A stretch of DNA of 64,000 bases, from assembly GCA_028534125.1 (NCBI GenBank), contig CM052817.1, positions 93,808,001 through 93,872,000 of the forward strand. The letters run 5' to 3'. Position 1 is the first letter of the stretch. Each line of letters starts with the position of its first letter. This document shows, one piece after another, positions 50,100 to 64,000 of the stretch. This stretch comes from Lama glama. Its lineage: Eukaryota. The notes under the pieces were generated by a model. That model saw only the letters and a list, made by a program, of their open reading frames with translations, was not told where the DNA came from and made no database searches. Both the position numbers and the translations under genes were made by a program.

Positions 50100-50945
50100 A
50101 CAGCTCTTGTCAAGATCCCCAAGGACCTCTACATTGCTAACTCTAAGGCTCAGTTCCAAGTCCTGGTCTTCCTTGCCCCATCAATAGGATTTGACACAGT
50201 CGATCACTTTCCTTCTTGAAGCAGGATTCCCACATTCCCCTGGCTTTGCTTTTGCCTTGATCCATCTCATTAAATGGTTCCTCTTTACCTCTCAAACTCT
50301 AAAAATGGGTGTTCCCAAGGGTGTCTTCTTTTTCCTTCCACATTCACTCCCTAGCTATGATCTTATCATCTCATCCAGACTTATGGCTTTCAATGCCATC
50401 TGTAAGCTGAGGGCACCCAAGATATATTTTCAGTCCAAACCTCTCCATCGAAATCTAGATGCTTACATCCCAACTGGCTTCTCAACCTCTCTACTTGGGT
50501 GTCTAATAAACATCTCAGACAAAACATGTCCAAAAGTGAGTTTTCATTATTTTCCACATGGCTAGGTCCTCCTAAAGTCTTCCCATCTCAGGTCATTGCA
50601 AATCCCCTCTTGTAGTTCCTCAGGACAAAAATTTTGGTCTCATCCTTATCTCCCTACATCTTGTCCATCAGCAAATCTTACCTTCAAAACATATTCCTAA
50701 TTTTACTACTTCTTACCACCCTTCCTGCCACCATCCTGGTCCCAGTCAACACTATTTCATATCTGAATTATTTCAGTAGCCTCCTAACTGATCTTGCAGT
50801 TTTTGCACTCACTGTCTTTTCTTCACACAGCGACCATAGTGACCTTGTTAGGTCAGATCATGTCAGTCTTCTAAACTCTACAGTTATTCTTTATTTCATA
50901 TAGATTAATCACCAGAATCCTTCCAATGACCGTAACCCTCCAAAT
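50100..50945 (+). mobile_element. L2 LINE ORF2/3' region
   Basis: gctcttgtcaagatccccaaggacctctacattgct...atttgacacagtcgatcac...ctcctaactgatctt; pyrimidine-rich L2 pattern. Confidence 0.8.
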
Positions 50946-51569
50946 GATTGGGATGAAGTATGGTCTATTCTGGAAAACATTCTATAATTTTAGAATTTAA
51001 AGTACTTTTCTAAAATTCATCTCCCATAAAAAAAAAGAAAACGAAAGACAGAACTAACTATTCAGCAAAGACCCATGATATCTTCTTTCTTTATCTATAT
51101 TTTCTGGATCACAGCATTAAAGCAATTGAATGGAAATGGATCTATTCTCTTTTAGAAATACCTGGAAAAAAATCATTGTTCTTTGTTCTTTAAAGGCTAT
51201 TGTGATTCCATTTATATAGTTCCGCAGCATCTCTTCCTTATTTAGGCAACACCAGAATTGCAAAGTAATCAGCTGAAGCAGAGATGTAAACAAAGTGGAA
51301 AAACCTACTTCAGCTGATGGAGTTCAAACAGCATCATTTAAGTCAATTTCTCAGCAGAATTTTTTGTGCTATTTATTTCCTCTTACTATTCATTGCTAAC
51401 CTACAAGTATTTACAACTTACCTCATACTAAATAAGAAACTCATTTTCTACTCTGATCTGAGACTAGGGTGAGTGTATATGTTAAGTATACGTAAATATG
51501 TTAAAGACAGAAAGAAAGACACAAAGAGGTAGGGAGAGTTGGGAAAAAATTAATCCATGAGAAGAAAAG

Positions 51570-52480
51570 GTAGTAGGCGGGCCCAATCTTTGTACAAGGT
51601 GGATAGTCAGACACCTAAAAAGGCCAACTAGGGTAGGGGAGGTGGGGGCAAGACAGAGCTAAAGCAGACATATAAAGGTGTTTCTCCCACCATTCCACTC
51701 ACTGATACCCAAAGGAAACAGCAAAGATTAAAAAGAGAAAGAAAAAAACTATTGATACTAGGAAACACCACAGCCTCAAGCCAGAATCTATGTAAAATAG
51801 CCACCAAATTTAAGACCAAGTCAAGAAAGGATATTAAGAGAGAACATATTTCCATGCAGACCTCAGGCACCCTAAGGAGCTCTCCAAAAATTAAGTGGCA
51901 AACCAAGAGGAAGCAAGCCAATGACCCTTGCTTTGAGCTAGGAATACAGGAAGACTAGGTGAGCATCCGTCATCTAAGGGCCCAGAGTGGCAAAAGAGGC
52001 ACAGCTAAACAAGGAGCCAGACACATGCCACATTTGCAGAAGCAAGTGTGGGAGGAGAGGAGGAGGCAGGAATGTAGCTGCTGACCCAGATCTGCAGAAG
52101 GAGAGAAAATGCCAGATCATGATGCAAAAGAACTGGGGATTCAGGCTTGTCTTTGAGTTCTAGGAATCCCTGCCTGATGCAGCCAGTGCTCTCTATTCAT
52201 TCAGCAGAGTTTCTGCCCTTGCTCTGAGCTACTAGCACAAAGCATTTCTCTTCCTGAAGCTTCTTTGTGTATCTCAGAGGCAATGGCACAAGAAGCCACA
52301 GTACAGCTGACTGGTACACCAAACGGCCAGCAGAGGCAGTAGCACAAACCCACCACCACCAAATACCAATGGAGTTAGTTATATCTCAATGGTCTGTGTT
52401 TGTGTATACTCCAACGGCGTGTGCCCTGCTTGCTGAATTCCAGAGGGAGGTGTTATTAGGTTATGTCTGGAAAGCGTTGA
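51570..52480. mobile_element. Possible ancient LTR (LTR78-like), uncertain
   Basis: Purine-rich block beginning gtagtaggcgggcccaatc; family recognition is weak. Confidence 0.25.
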
Positions 52481-53339
52481 GATAAGTGAGGCAGGTTACT
52501 GCTGGTCCACTTTCATATTTAACAGCAAGCTAAACTCTGCTCATTGTACATGCATAACTAGCAAGTTTCAAGGTAAAAGTTGGAAGGTCTGTCAAATGCC
52601 AGGTTTACTGTATTTTATGCAAATGTTTATAAAACATCTTTAAAATATGGAAAAGCTGAGGCAAATGCAAAGTCAGACAGGATTCCAGGGCATAGTCATC
52701 TATGATCAGCTTTTAGGGATAAAGGAGTCAACTCAGTTTTAAGGGAGTTAAAATTATCCATAGCAATGTTAATACCAGAATATAAGGAAGCATTTAACAA
52801 AATTGCCATAAAAATAACACATAACACTAAAAGTGTTATAAAGGCAGATGTTGTCAAATGTGAAGAATTTGAGGAATATAGTACCCATGAGCCATTCCTG
52901 ATACCACCTGGTAAAATTCAACCAAACCAGTGATGGACAGAGGAGCCAATGAAAAAGGCCGTGATGGAAACACTGAATTCATGGAATTACATAGCATTTG
53001 ACAAGACATGGTAGACAGTTTGTAAAGGGTACTGTCATGAATTTGTGCACACACACACACAAAAAATACATAAAGCAAACTAACACAGCAAAAGCTGTAG
53101 GAAACACAAGGGAAGTAGTCACAAAATAGAAAGATTTTAATTTCTGCATACCGTGAGAAATCAAGGAGACAAAAAACAGTGAGAATCTGAAGAACCTAAA
53201 TAACAATAAGATAGCTCTAATAGATACTCACTAGTGTTGGAGAAGTCCGCATTCTCTTCTCAGATGTCCAAGGACGTTTATCAAAGTGCACGTGTACTGA
53301 CTGAACCACAGAGAAAAAAACCCAGGACTACGGATCACA

Positions 53340-53462
53340 TTTTAAAATGAAGATTTGCAGTAGGCAGCTGGGAGGTGGGGTGGGAGATTCTGCATTGCTC
53401 TCCACACTCCAGATGAGACCAATGCGGCTGATTTAAGAACCAATTTGAGTAACAAAATCTTA
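53340..53462. mobile_element. MER5-family MITE fragment
   Basis: ggtggggtgggagattctgcatt...ctccagatgagaccaatgcggctg...aaccaatttgagtaacaa. Confidence 0.65.
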
Positions 53463-53744
53463 ACTAAACCTGGAGTCAAGGAGAAAAATAAAGCCATGAT
53501 CTCAGAACATACCACAGAAGAATTATGAGCTCAACCCTATTCAAATAAATACGAAAACCTGGGTGTAATTGCGATGTGCTAGGAAATATAAAGAACGAAA
53601 AAAGGATTCTAAAAGAGAGGTAAATATAAATATATTATTACTGGACATAAGTATTGATAATGGCCTTTTAAAATATATCTTTTAAAATGAATTGTCTCTT
53701 CATGTCATTTGCAGATTTTGTAATCTGGTTTTTGGAATTTTCCT

Positions 53745-54460
53745 CTTCATTAAAAAATTGAGATATAATCCACATACTATAAAATTCATCTTTTTAAAGT
53801 ATCCAATTCAGTGTTTTTCAGTATATTTACAAAATTGTGCAACCATTATCTCATCTAATTCTAAGTACAAAATTCCAAATTTTCATCACTCCAAAAAGAA
53901 ATTCTGTACATTATTAGCAGCTTTTCCCCACTACCCCCTCTTCCCAGCTGCTGGCAACCACTAGCTTACTTTCTGTCTCTGTGGATTTGCCTATTGTGGA
54001 CATGTCATATAGAGGGAATCGTACAATACATGGTCTTTTATGTCCAGCTTATTTCACACAGCATAATGTTTTCAAGGTTTATCCATGCTGCAGCATGTAT
54101 CAGAAGTTCATTTCTTCTTATTGTCAAATAATATCCCATTGTTTAAATAGATCACATTTTGTTTATTCATTTGTCAGTTGATGAGCATTTGGGCTGTTTC
54201 CAATTTTCTGGTCATTATGAATATTAGTGTATGAGTTTTGGGGTGGACATATGTTTTCAGTTCTCTTGGATACATAACCAGGAATAGAATTGCTGGGTCA
54301 TATGGTAACTCTATGCTGAACATTTTGAAGAACTGCCAGACTGTTTTCCAAAGCACCGCACTATTCTACATTCACACTGAAATGTAGGAGGAGTCCAGTT
54401 TCTCTCTAACCTCCCTTACTATTGTGTCTTTTTGATTATAGCCATCTTAGTGAATGTACA
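53745..54460 (-). mobile_element. L1MB-type 3' end
   Basis: attgagatataatccacatactataaaattc...ggatttgcctattgtggacat...gaattgctgggtcatatggtaactctatg; minus ORF 54174-54356 LWKTVWQFF...ELPYDPAI. Confidence 0.9.
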
Positions 54461-56690
54461 GCTTTTTCTATATTTTTAAAAGTTTTTTATGTATTAGAGA
54501 TATTAGTTGTTTTTCTAAATATGTTTTGTTAATATTATCTTCCTATTTATCACTTTATATATAAAATAGATAAACAACAAGGTCCTACTGTATAGCATGG
54601 GGAGCTATATTCAATATCTTGTTATAAACTATGATGGTAAAGAAAAAAAACACACCTTTGTTTCAGTGTTATCTCCAGATCTGAACTTTCTTTTGATTCT
54701 GCCACACCATTTATGTGCCGTTAATTTACTGTTTTAATTACAGAAGTTTTTTTTATATTTAATATCTGGAAGGCTAGGCTCACATTTTCCATAAACTTTC
54801 TATTTCAGTATTTTCTTAACTATTCTCTTATGTTTATTTTTGCACGTGAATTTTGGTATTAACTTGTCTAGCTTCAGGGGAAAAAGCTGGTTGTTTGGTT
54901 CACTTTTTATTGGGAATTTATTAAATTAATAAATTAACTCACAGAGCAGTGGCATCTTTGTGATGCTAAGTAATCCTATCCAAAAACAAGAAATCGCTTT
55001 TCATTTATTCAAGCCTAAGTCTGTGTCTTTCAAAATGTTTTGGAGTATTTTTTATGTAAATTTTACATGTAATTGTAAGGTTTATCTTAAATATTTTTAT
55101 CTTCTTTATTATGCATGGGGCTTCTCAGCCATTATATCTTATCCTGGCTAATTTATGTATGTGAAGACTACTGATTTCTGTGTGCTAATTCTATATCTTG
55201 TTGCATATGTGAATTATTTTATTGTTTGAGTTATCATTAGTCATCATCATAAAAGCTGAGTTTATTGCTGATTCTCTAGAATTTTCAGGTATATTGTCAC
55301 ATTATGTGCAAATAGAAAAAAAATAGTTTTACTTCTTTTCTAATTTTTATGCTCCTAATAGATTTCTCTTGTCTAACTACATTGGCCAATATGTCCAGTA
55401 GAGTGTTAAATAATAATATTCTTTTTTTCATATTTTTAGTGGAAATGTTACTAGTGTTTCACCATTAGGTAAAATACTGGTTTTAGGACTAATAAATATA
55501 GATATAGATAGGTTGATATAAAATTATACATGCATGTAATTTATATATCACATAAATATATAATTATATATAAATTCATCTTAAGTAAGTAAACATCAAT
55601 TCCTATTTTTTATGCTTTACTTTTTTCTCTAGAATGGAGGTTGAGATTTGCCAAAGACTTTTCAACATTTATGGAGATAATCATATGATTTGTCTTGTTA
55701 GAACTTTATATGGTGTGTTTTATTAGTGGATCTCCTAAATTTTAAATCTGTCTGGCATTCCTAGAATGAATTCCATTTGGTCCCAGTATATTATATTCTG
55801 AATGTGTAGCTGAATTCAGTACACTAACGTTTATTTAGGATATTTACATCAATATCAGTGATATTGATCCATGATTATTTTCTTTTGTACTGTTTTTTAT
55901 CAGAGTTAGAGATCAATATTTTACATGTTAAAAAAAAGAACTGTAAAGTTCTCAAACAATTTCCATCCTTTGGAATAATTGTTGTTTTTGGTGCTGCAAA
56001 TGTTATGTTCCTTCATCCCTAAATAATTCCACATGTACACTCTGAAAATAAAGACATGATCATAATTCAATAATTATCTAATATCTAGTTCATATTCAAA
56101 TTTATTCACTTGTTCTCAAAATACCTTTTATAATTTTTTTGAATCAAGATTCAATTAAGTTTTCACATCACATTTGATTGGGCTTTCTTTGGCTTCATTG
56201 AGGTATAATTGAAGTCATAAAAAATTGAAACCATTTTTATAGCATTAGGACTATCTGGTCTTTAAAGTTTTGTCAGAATTTCCCTGTAAAAGCATCCAAG
56301 CTCAATGTTTTCTAGTGGTGTAATTCCTCTACAACTTTAGTAATTGGTCTGCTTAAACTTTCTATCTGAATGGAAGCATAATTGGTAAAGTTAATTTCAT
56401 AGAAAATTATCCATTTATGTTTTCAAATATATCTTCATAGAGGAGGTCTGCAGGATAATCTATCATTTTTATTTTACACAGAAAAATTATTCTGTCTTGT
56501 TTCTTATTTTGTATATTTGTGCTTTCTCACTTTTATGCCATTTTTTATTTTGTGCACGTGTGTTTCTCAGTTTTTTTCTTGATTAAGTTAGCCAGTGCTT
56601 TGTCTGTTAATTTTGTTCAAATCACTGGCTACCTTAGTCAAGAAAAAAAATGTTCACTTACATATTTCATAGTTTCTGCTTTTTATTCAG
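54460..56690 (-). mobile_element. Old decayed L1 (L1ME-like) ORF2 remnants, with a short plus-strand L1 3' fragment at about 54556-54650
   Basis: T-rich L1 antisense patterns (gactactgatttctgtgtgctaattctatatc; ctggcattcctagaatgaattccatttggtc). Confidence 0.65.
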
Positions 56691-56701
56691 GTAGAAATAA
56701 T

Positions 56702-56826
56702 TGATAATTGCTAGTGTCCCCTAATATTCATCCTGCCATTCTACTTCTCCATTAGAACCTCTGATTTTTAGCTTCTGGACAATACAATGTAAGTGGAAGT
56801 GGTATTTGTATATCCAGTAAATGTCC

Positions 56827-56859
<33 letters not shown>

Positions 56860-57123
56860 TATTCTTCTCATATTTGCTGTCTAGAGTGCAAGTGAAATGC
56901 CTGGAGCTGCAGCAGCCATCTTGGAGATGAAAGGCTCTTGAGTATGGAAGTCAGACAGGGTAGTACAAGAAGCTTAGGTAGAGCCTGATAAAAAGAAGGC
57001 ACCATGCACACTTAGGACTATCTACTCCAGAATTCTATCCAAAAGAGGAATTCACTTCTATCATGTTTAAATAACTGTTATTTTTGGATTTTTCTATCAA
57101 ATATAACAAAAAATTATGATTCA
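56702..57123 (+). mobile_element. MLT1J-type MaLR LTR containing a (TA)n tract
   Basis: cctggagctgcagcagccatcttgg...cttctatcatgtttaaataactgttatttttggattttt. Confidence 0.7.
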
Positions 57124-59899
57124 GGCAGTATAGAAATACATCTATGACTTTGTTTATCATAGTACTATTCAGACAAATGCTCCCACAGTTGTCTATGACA
57201 GTTCAAGTCAAATGTATATTTATTAAAATGTTCTTGCAAAAGTATCTGAAACTCATTTGCCAGGAAGAATATTTCTTGAATATTTGTCTATTCAGCAATC
57301 ACTTCTTAATTGAAATTGGTTAGTGGTTGAAATTACTTAATTTGGATATCTTAGACCACCAAATATATAGTCTCAATCAGCAGGGTTTTGTTTGTTTGTT
57401 TGCTCTGTTTTGGTGTGTTTTATTTTCTAAAGGGACATACTAAATAACTTTCAAAATCAGATTCTTTGGCTATCCAGCGTAACTATTGTTTAAATCAGGA
57501 TTAAATGGGGATTCCCTCCAGAGGCACTCCTGAGATGTTGCTGTAGTTCACAATGTCTCATTACTCAAGAGGCCCACAGCATGAGGAAGATGATTTCTGT
57601 ATTTATAGATTGTATTGTTTTGAAATACTGAACTGACATAGGATTTTAATATCAGCAAAAACAGAATCAATTCTTTCATTAAGATTAAATGATGTGAATC
57701 TAATAGTATCACTATCCAAATCCATCTAACTCACATTTCTGAAATGCCAGTGGCCAAAAGTTAAACCTGACTTCATTTTCATAGTAAATAGAGTTGACCA
57801 GGAAGGATCTCAAATGTAGAATTTAAAAACACACTAAAGAATTTAGAGTTAGGAAAAAATTTATAGATTATTGATTCCAACTTTCCATTTTATAGAAATT
57901 AAGGTCCAGAAAATGTGTACAGTATACCTAAGGCTACATGAGTAAGCCAGTTTCATTTGGTTCCAAATCCAGACTTGTTCCTGTTCTCCATGGTAATGCT
58001 GTGCTTTATATTGCAGGCTCTTGTTCACTGTCTGGATACTAATCTCCTAGGAGTGAGAATCCATACCTAAATGTAGACTCAATCTAGCACTGAGACATGT
58101 TTCCACCTACAAAAAACAACCGGTGCATGCCAAGACCAGCTAAAGATACTGGAGGTAGAGCTTTCCATTCCTCATTGTTTATTTGCAGCCATATGCATTA
58201 CTGATATGGCTTCACACATCCAAAAAGTGCAAATTCACACTTTTTTCTTTATATGAATCTAATTACAACGTTCTCCATTCATTGGTGGAGTCAACTGTCC
58301 ACTAATTAACCTTGGCATCTGCTACATAATCTTTCTTACAATGAAATGTGCAGGGATTATTGTTTAATTAGATTCTATAATTGAAACAAATGAAAAATGA
58401 GCTAAGAATTCTGGAGTCAGCAAAGCTGTAATTTTTTAATTTGCCTTTTTTCCCTCAAAATATACCATTCTTTTTCAAAATACTATGAGTAGCTTTTGAA
58501 AATAAGATCTACATTTCTGAAGCACAGATAGGTCATTCATCAAAAGACAGACAAATGGCACATAAATTCATAAACCCAAATACAAATCCAGGATGACTTT
58601 CTCGTGACAAAAGCTATTATTATAGATTTGAGCATTGTGGTAGGATCCATTGTCTCTAACAAAAGAAAAGAGAAATTACCCAAGTTGTCATGGGTACGTT
58701 ATTTCTCACTCTGGGACTTCATTTTCACCCTTCACATTCTGATTATTATTTGATGATGTAGTGTTGTTCCATTATCTTTTCCAAGACCCCAGTATATTTC
58801 TTTTGCCTTTCTTTCACTTAAATTTTCTTTACAAAGATGCTGGTTTCATTCTGCTCACTGCACATACTTCAGAAACCTCATTCTTTTTCCAACAAAGCTA
58901 TTGGTTCATGTTCAATCTTTAAATGCAGCCACATATGTGTATGTAAGTCAGAGCAAACCAGTTCTTCATATTTTCCATAGTTATCAGCTTCTTTTATAAC
59001 TGCTTAAGCTCTGCTACCAATTTGCATAAGTCTTAAAAACTGCCAGCTAATTCCATAAGAATTTATTTTATTTCTTGAAGAGAGGAAAGTAGCAGTCAAC
59101 GTTTTAATGAAATGGAAATATAGGGTCTTTCCCTCACCATTAAGCTACAAGGAGTTTGATTGGCTAGTGAAGTTTCTGATTTTACTGTTTTCAAGTGTAA
59201 TTGCATGATTGGGTGCTCACTATTTCAGTGTTAAAAATGAGGGAAAGTGAAAAAAATAAATCAGCTTATCAAAGCTCCAGGAAGCGAGATAACACGAAAG
59301 CTATATTTCTGTAGTTGATGGAAGATATTTATCTTTAAGTTTGAATCCTTAAAGATTCAGAGCTTGAATACAGTTAGTACTTACATATTGAGTGATGAGG
59401 CAGAAGGACAATATTAATGTTTGACTGTTATAACAGATCAGAGATGCTTGAGCAGAGCCTTTGTTAAATATCTGCTTTTAAAAACAACCACCAGTGAAAC
59501 AGAATATTATACATTTTCTCAGTCTATGATTCATTTTAGTCTAGATCTACAGTAACAAAGTCAAGTGGAACGTTGAAATAGCCAGTTACATCAAGACACA
59601 ATTCTATCATGACAATAAAAGAAGACCTGGGAGACTGAATTTAGATTTTCAACACAAACTATGTAATTTCTTAGCTCTCCAATCTGAAGACATAGGTGGT
59701 AAAATAATCGGCTTGACTTTCTACTGGCACATCCCTCCAAAACTCAAATCTAAGGGTGCGAAGCCCTTTCCTTTCAGTGTCTTCCTACTCTAGACTCTGG
59801 ATTTAAAAAATAGTATCATTCCTATTTGCAAAGAACTAAAGCATCTCTGCATTAGATTATTAGCCCAAAATCAAGGTAACCTTTCCTTAGCCACTCATC

Positions 59900-60045
59900 A
59901 GAATATAAATTTTGAGACCAGGGATTTTTTTTTCCTGTCTTGCTTAACCTTGTGTATTCTGCTCTAATTTTTGCCACATAGTGGGTGCTCTATAAATATA
60001 CATTGAAAGAGTGAAAATGAAAGAACAAATAAATGAAAGAACTAA
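59900..60045 (+). mobile_element. L2 3' terminus
   Basis: ttgagaccagggattt...gccacatagtgggtgctctataaatatacattgaaagagtgaa. Confidence 0.65.
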
Positions 60046-60624
60046 TGGATTCTCTGGTGTCCTAGCTCTAAGCATCATGCCCTTCTTGTAACTGGATTCA
60101 AATCAGTGAATCTTGATGTATCGCCTGATATTTCCGAGGTCTTGCCTTGCTCTGCAGTGGTCCTAGGTATAAGAGCACTGTTTCTGAACTATGGTCCCAT
60201 GGTTGGTTCTTCCCTCAACTGCTTCTTTATCTCCTTTGTGCCAAACAAATCTTGATTTTCCTCCTATTGTCTATTCTGGACTTCATGACGCCATGTTCCG
60301 CACATCTGCTAGGACACTCAAACATATGAATTTTCTGTGCATCCCTAATCCAGGACTTGTCTCTGTTCTCCAGCCACCACGCTCTAATATTCTTGGTAGT
60401 GGAGACCAAAAAAAAAAGTTGTCAAGCTTATATGTGATAATGAACAATTTTGTGCTAGAATGTTTGAAAAGCAAACATGTTTTTATTTTTTTTAAGAATA
60501 CCTACACCTCATTGAATGTTGCAAATGATTAGTAGTTTGGTGTTTATCTTTCTGCTTTTTTCTGTTCTATAAATATCACAAAAGGCAGAAAGAAGAATGA
60601 TGATGACCAATTTGTAATTAAGAC

Positions 60625-61205
60625 AGCTTGACAGAGGGTCAGGGGGTAGGTGGTGTAAGAACAGGGTTACTCTCAGCTGATCAGTTGCAACCCTATGTTT
60701 ATTATCTCCAGAGAAGCTTTGAGTCATGGTGCTGACCCTTGGCCAAACTTGAATGAAATGTACCAACTAGTGATGAATGAAATGTACCAACTAGTGATGA
60801 ATATAGTCCTCAGCTAGGGTCCAAGAAAGACCAGGGGCAACCTGTGCCAGCTTATCATGTCTATAAGTAAACATACAGATGGATGGTTTGCACCTGGTTT
60901 CTGGGTATTTTCTTGGTTTCTGTTATTAAGCCTCTTCAGAGAGCCTGATTTGAGCTACATGGCCAGAGGAGTATAAAAGACATCTCTTCACTTGGAACTC
61001 TGATTTCTTTGAGATCAAGGCAACCTATCTTTTGTGACCAAGAAAGGAACCTGGGAGCTGGCCAGAAAGTCTTTTACCTCTCTGATATTTGTGCTTTTTC
61101 CTCCTGCTGTATCATATCATTCAGCTTTCTTTAAGCTTAAGTGAATATACTATGGAGAATTTTGTAGGTCCTTTTAATTATCCAACCCTGTGAAAACTGA
61201 TGCAG
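60625..61205 (+). mobile_element. Ancient ERVL-type LTR (MER68/MER77/MER21-like)
   Basis: 3' end ttttcctcctgctgtatcatatc...taagtgaatatactatggagaattttgtaggtccttttaattatccaaccctgtg resembles MER21/68/77 termini. Confidence 0.5.
60750..60802. repeat. Perfect 24-bp tandem duplication
   Basis: tgaatgaaatgtaccaactagtga x2 plus tgaat. Confidence 0.95.
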
Positions 61206-62649
61206 TGGACGTAAATCAAAGTTTGTGTGTGTGTTCCTTCTCTCAACATATTTCTTTGTGATAGTGATTTCAGTAGCAGATCATGTTGACCAAGTTTTCA
61301 GGTCAAGCATGATGCATCTTGATGGAATAAATGGCCTCGAAATGCCAAACTAATTTGACTTTCTGTTTCTTTGTGGGGTAGATTCACAACCATAGATAGC
61401 TTTTAGTCATTGTATCACAAAGTGTTGACCACGGTTTTCAAAAATAATAAAGTATATTTAACAATACAGAGCTCAGTAAAATAGCACGCCTAGGGATAAA
61501 TATTAAAAAGTACATTTTTGTGTCATGAGTCTATTTTTAAAATATAATTTATTTTGTTTTTATTTTATCTTTTTTTGTTTTGTAATTTTGCGTAGGTTTT
61601 AAATGTACATAAAATTCTGGAAGAGAAGTAAGTGTATAAAATTTATCATTAATAGATAAACATTTATAGCCAGGATTTTACTGGAATGAGTGTATAATTA
61701 AGAGTATGGAAACCACTGTTCTATTCTAATCCAACACTTATCTAATTGTGGTCTTCTAAATGCCTCTACGAATTACCAAATGATCTACAGGTGATTTGGT
61801 GATTCCAAAGGAAAAATCATGTTTATTTGTATATATTTCACAAAGATTAGATGCAATATTACCTATGAATTCCAAGAGAATTCCTTTAAATTCCTACTTG
61901 TTGACAAGAAGTTCTAAAGTTCTTATCAATCATTATAGCATTAAGTGTGCGTGTACACTACAAAGGTTATACTGATTGGTCACCATAACTAACATCCAGG
62001 TAACAGATTGTAGCTTATCTCAACTAACACGTTTTCACATCATTTGTGTGCTGACTACTTACATTTGTTATCATTGGGTTTTTTATTGTTTCTGTTGCAC
62101 TTTATCTTAACTATTGTCTAATGTCAAGTTGCTAAGCCCCAAAGGCAGAGAATATGGTTTAGAGTTAGTTTATTGAAGCATAATAGAACTAAAGAAAATA
62201 TTAATCTAAATATTGTAACAGAGTAATACCATAAACATATATAATGAATATGACCATGGAGCAAATGCAAAATAGGCTAGGACGATTGTATCTTCAGTTA
62301 CAGTTACTTTGCATAAGCCATAATACTGGACTTGTGATCGAATTCCTTCTAGTCCCCATGGCAGTTCAAATATAAAACATTGTCAAGGCTTCTCTTTCAT
62401 TTCCAAACAAAGCAAAATGATCTCTTTTGTAAGCCAACTGTGTTTTTTTTTTTTCAGAATAATTACAAAATAATGTTTGTGGGAAAAACATTTGGTGATA
62501 GTTATTACTAAAGAGGTAGAAGAGACAAAAATACAGAAGCATTATACATTACTGCACACCTTCTTGCAAAAATACAGAAATCATAGTGTTGACCAGAAGT
62601 CTCTAAAGTTAATGAAAAATACTGTGCTAAAAAGAAAACAGCATCCATC

Positions 62650-63010
62650 TGTCTTAATCAATTCATACTGCTACAACAGCATACCATAGACTGTGGTTTA
62701 AACAACACACATTATTTCTCACAGTTCTGAAGCCTGGAGGTTCAAAATCAGGGTGCCGGCATGGTCGGATTTTTGGTGAAGGCCCCCTTCCTGGTTTATA
62801 AACGGTGGCTGTCTTCTCACTGTATCTTTATATGGCAGAGAGTCTCCTACTCTTCTTATGAGGACACTAATGCTATCATGGAGGCTCTACTTTGATGACC
62901 TCATCTAGGCTTAACCACCTCCCAAAGGCCCTACATCCAAATACCATTACATTGGGCATTAAGGTTTCAGCACATGAACTTGGGGTGACATAAACATGTA
63001 GTTCGTAACA
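62650..63010 (-). mobile_element. MLT1A0-like MaLR solo LTR
   Basis: tgtctt...aacaacacacattatttctcacagttctgaagcctggaggttcaaaatcagggtgccggc...cacctcccaaaggccc...aaataccattacattggg...taaca. Confidence 0.88.
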
Positions 63011-64000
63011 GTGTCACTGGCAAAGTTCGTTTTATCTAGTGAACGTGTTGTATGTCACCTAATATTAATGGCACAAAATGTACAATTACAAATATGCGTG
63101 GATCCTACCAGCTGTTTCCCTTTGCTGATGGAAGCACTGCTGTACAGTATGAATCAGTTCTTGTAATACGCACGGTAGACATATGAAGGGAAAAGGATGA
63201 TTCCTTCTTAATGTTTATCACTAAAATTTCATCCTACAGGAGAAAAGGCCTTTTTAAAAATTTTAGCACCAATTTTTTTGAGCCATGATACAGCTAGAAG
63301 TGGTGTATTGGATGGAGTACTTAAGTAGCACTCATTAGCTATGCAGCAAGAAAGGGCGTTGTTAAATAAGTTTCTGCACCAGAATATCAAACACCTTGCT
63401 TTGTCAATACAAGAAATGAATAATTTGTAGTTGGTTCACTGTTGCAGGAAATGGTGATAATTTTGAATATAATCAGGTCAAAGTTCTTTCTCACAGAAAA
63501 CCAGACCAATTTCTGGCTGACTTAAATATAAATAAACTAATGGGAATGGTAACAGGAGCTCACAGAATTGATTGCAGGCCAGAGAGAGAAACAGGTTTGG
63601 GAACGAACAGGAATGAAATCAGCCCCAGAGGCTAAGGCTCAGGAAGCCCAGCAGCGGTGGTGTATCAGAGTCACGCGGGTAAAAGCAGGAGTTAGCACCG
63701 GGAGCCGGCTGTTTAACTTCCCCTTCCCCTCTGCACTGGGTTCAAATTCTCCACCTTGAACAGTAGAGGAAAGGGCACCTGATAAAAGTCCCACCAGATT
63801 AAAATCAGTAGACAAAGTATAACCAATATCCAATACACAGGAACTCTGAGAACTTTATTTTCAGCGTGCTATATAAAGAGATGGTCAGTCAGGACAAGAG
63901 ATGCTTCATGTGCTGTGTACTCTCTAAGAAGGAAGGGGGCCACATTTTAAATGAGAGATTTTGGTTATGTAAGAGAGACCATTTCTCTACTTCCTCAGTT

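Noticed and set aside
55514..55550. Imperfect AT-rich palindrome centred on TACATGCATGTA
   Set aside because: Low-complexity TA-rich sequence inside decayed L1; such palindromes arise readily by chance.
1..64000. CRISPR arrays, prokaryotic operons, rRNA genes or a novel multi-gene system
   Set aside because: The sequence is mammalian intronic/intergenic DNA; I saw no repeat-spacer arrays or intact coding clusters.

Overview
Mammalian genomic DNA, most likely a camelid: it carries a Vic-1/SINE_Vpa-like tRNA-derived SINE and cetartiodactyl-type L1 3' ends, and I saw no Bov-A/Bov-tA, PRE1 or Alu. No intact host protein-coding exon is recognisable. A CpG island at about 22.7-24.4 kb contains a minus-strand promoter (TATA/MEF2 element CTATAAATAG) and a short non-coding first exon ending in AG|GTAATT. 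Positions 1-23.1 kb therefore look like intron 1 of a gene whose coding exons lie left of the window, and 24.4-64 kb looks like upstream intergenic DNA. The rest is mostly transposon fossils: L1, L2, MIR, MaLR/ERVL/ERV1 LTRs, Tigger1, MER58 and MER5, plus microsatellites and a 500-N assembly gap. The most notable observation is a decayed ERVL-type gag-pro-RT internal region (about 36.6-39.6 kb, minus strand) directly joined to an LTR resembling the old MaLR family MLT1N2. An orphan CpG cluster lies at about 42.4 kb. Repeat family names come from recalled consensus similarity, not from a search, and many boundaries are approximate. I found no convincing novel protein-coding system.
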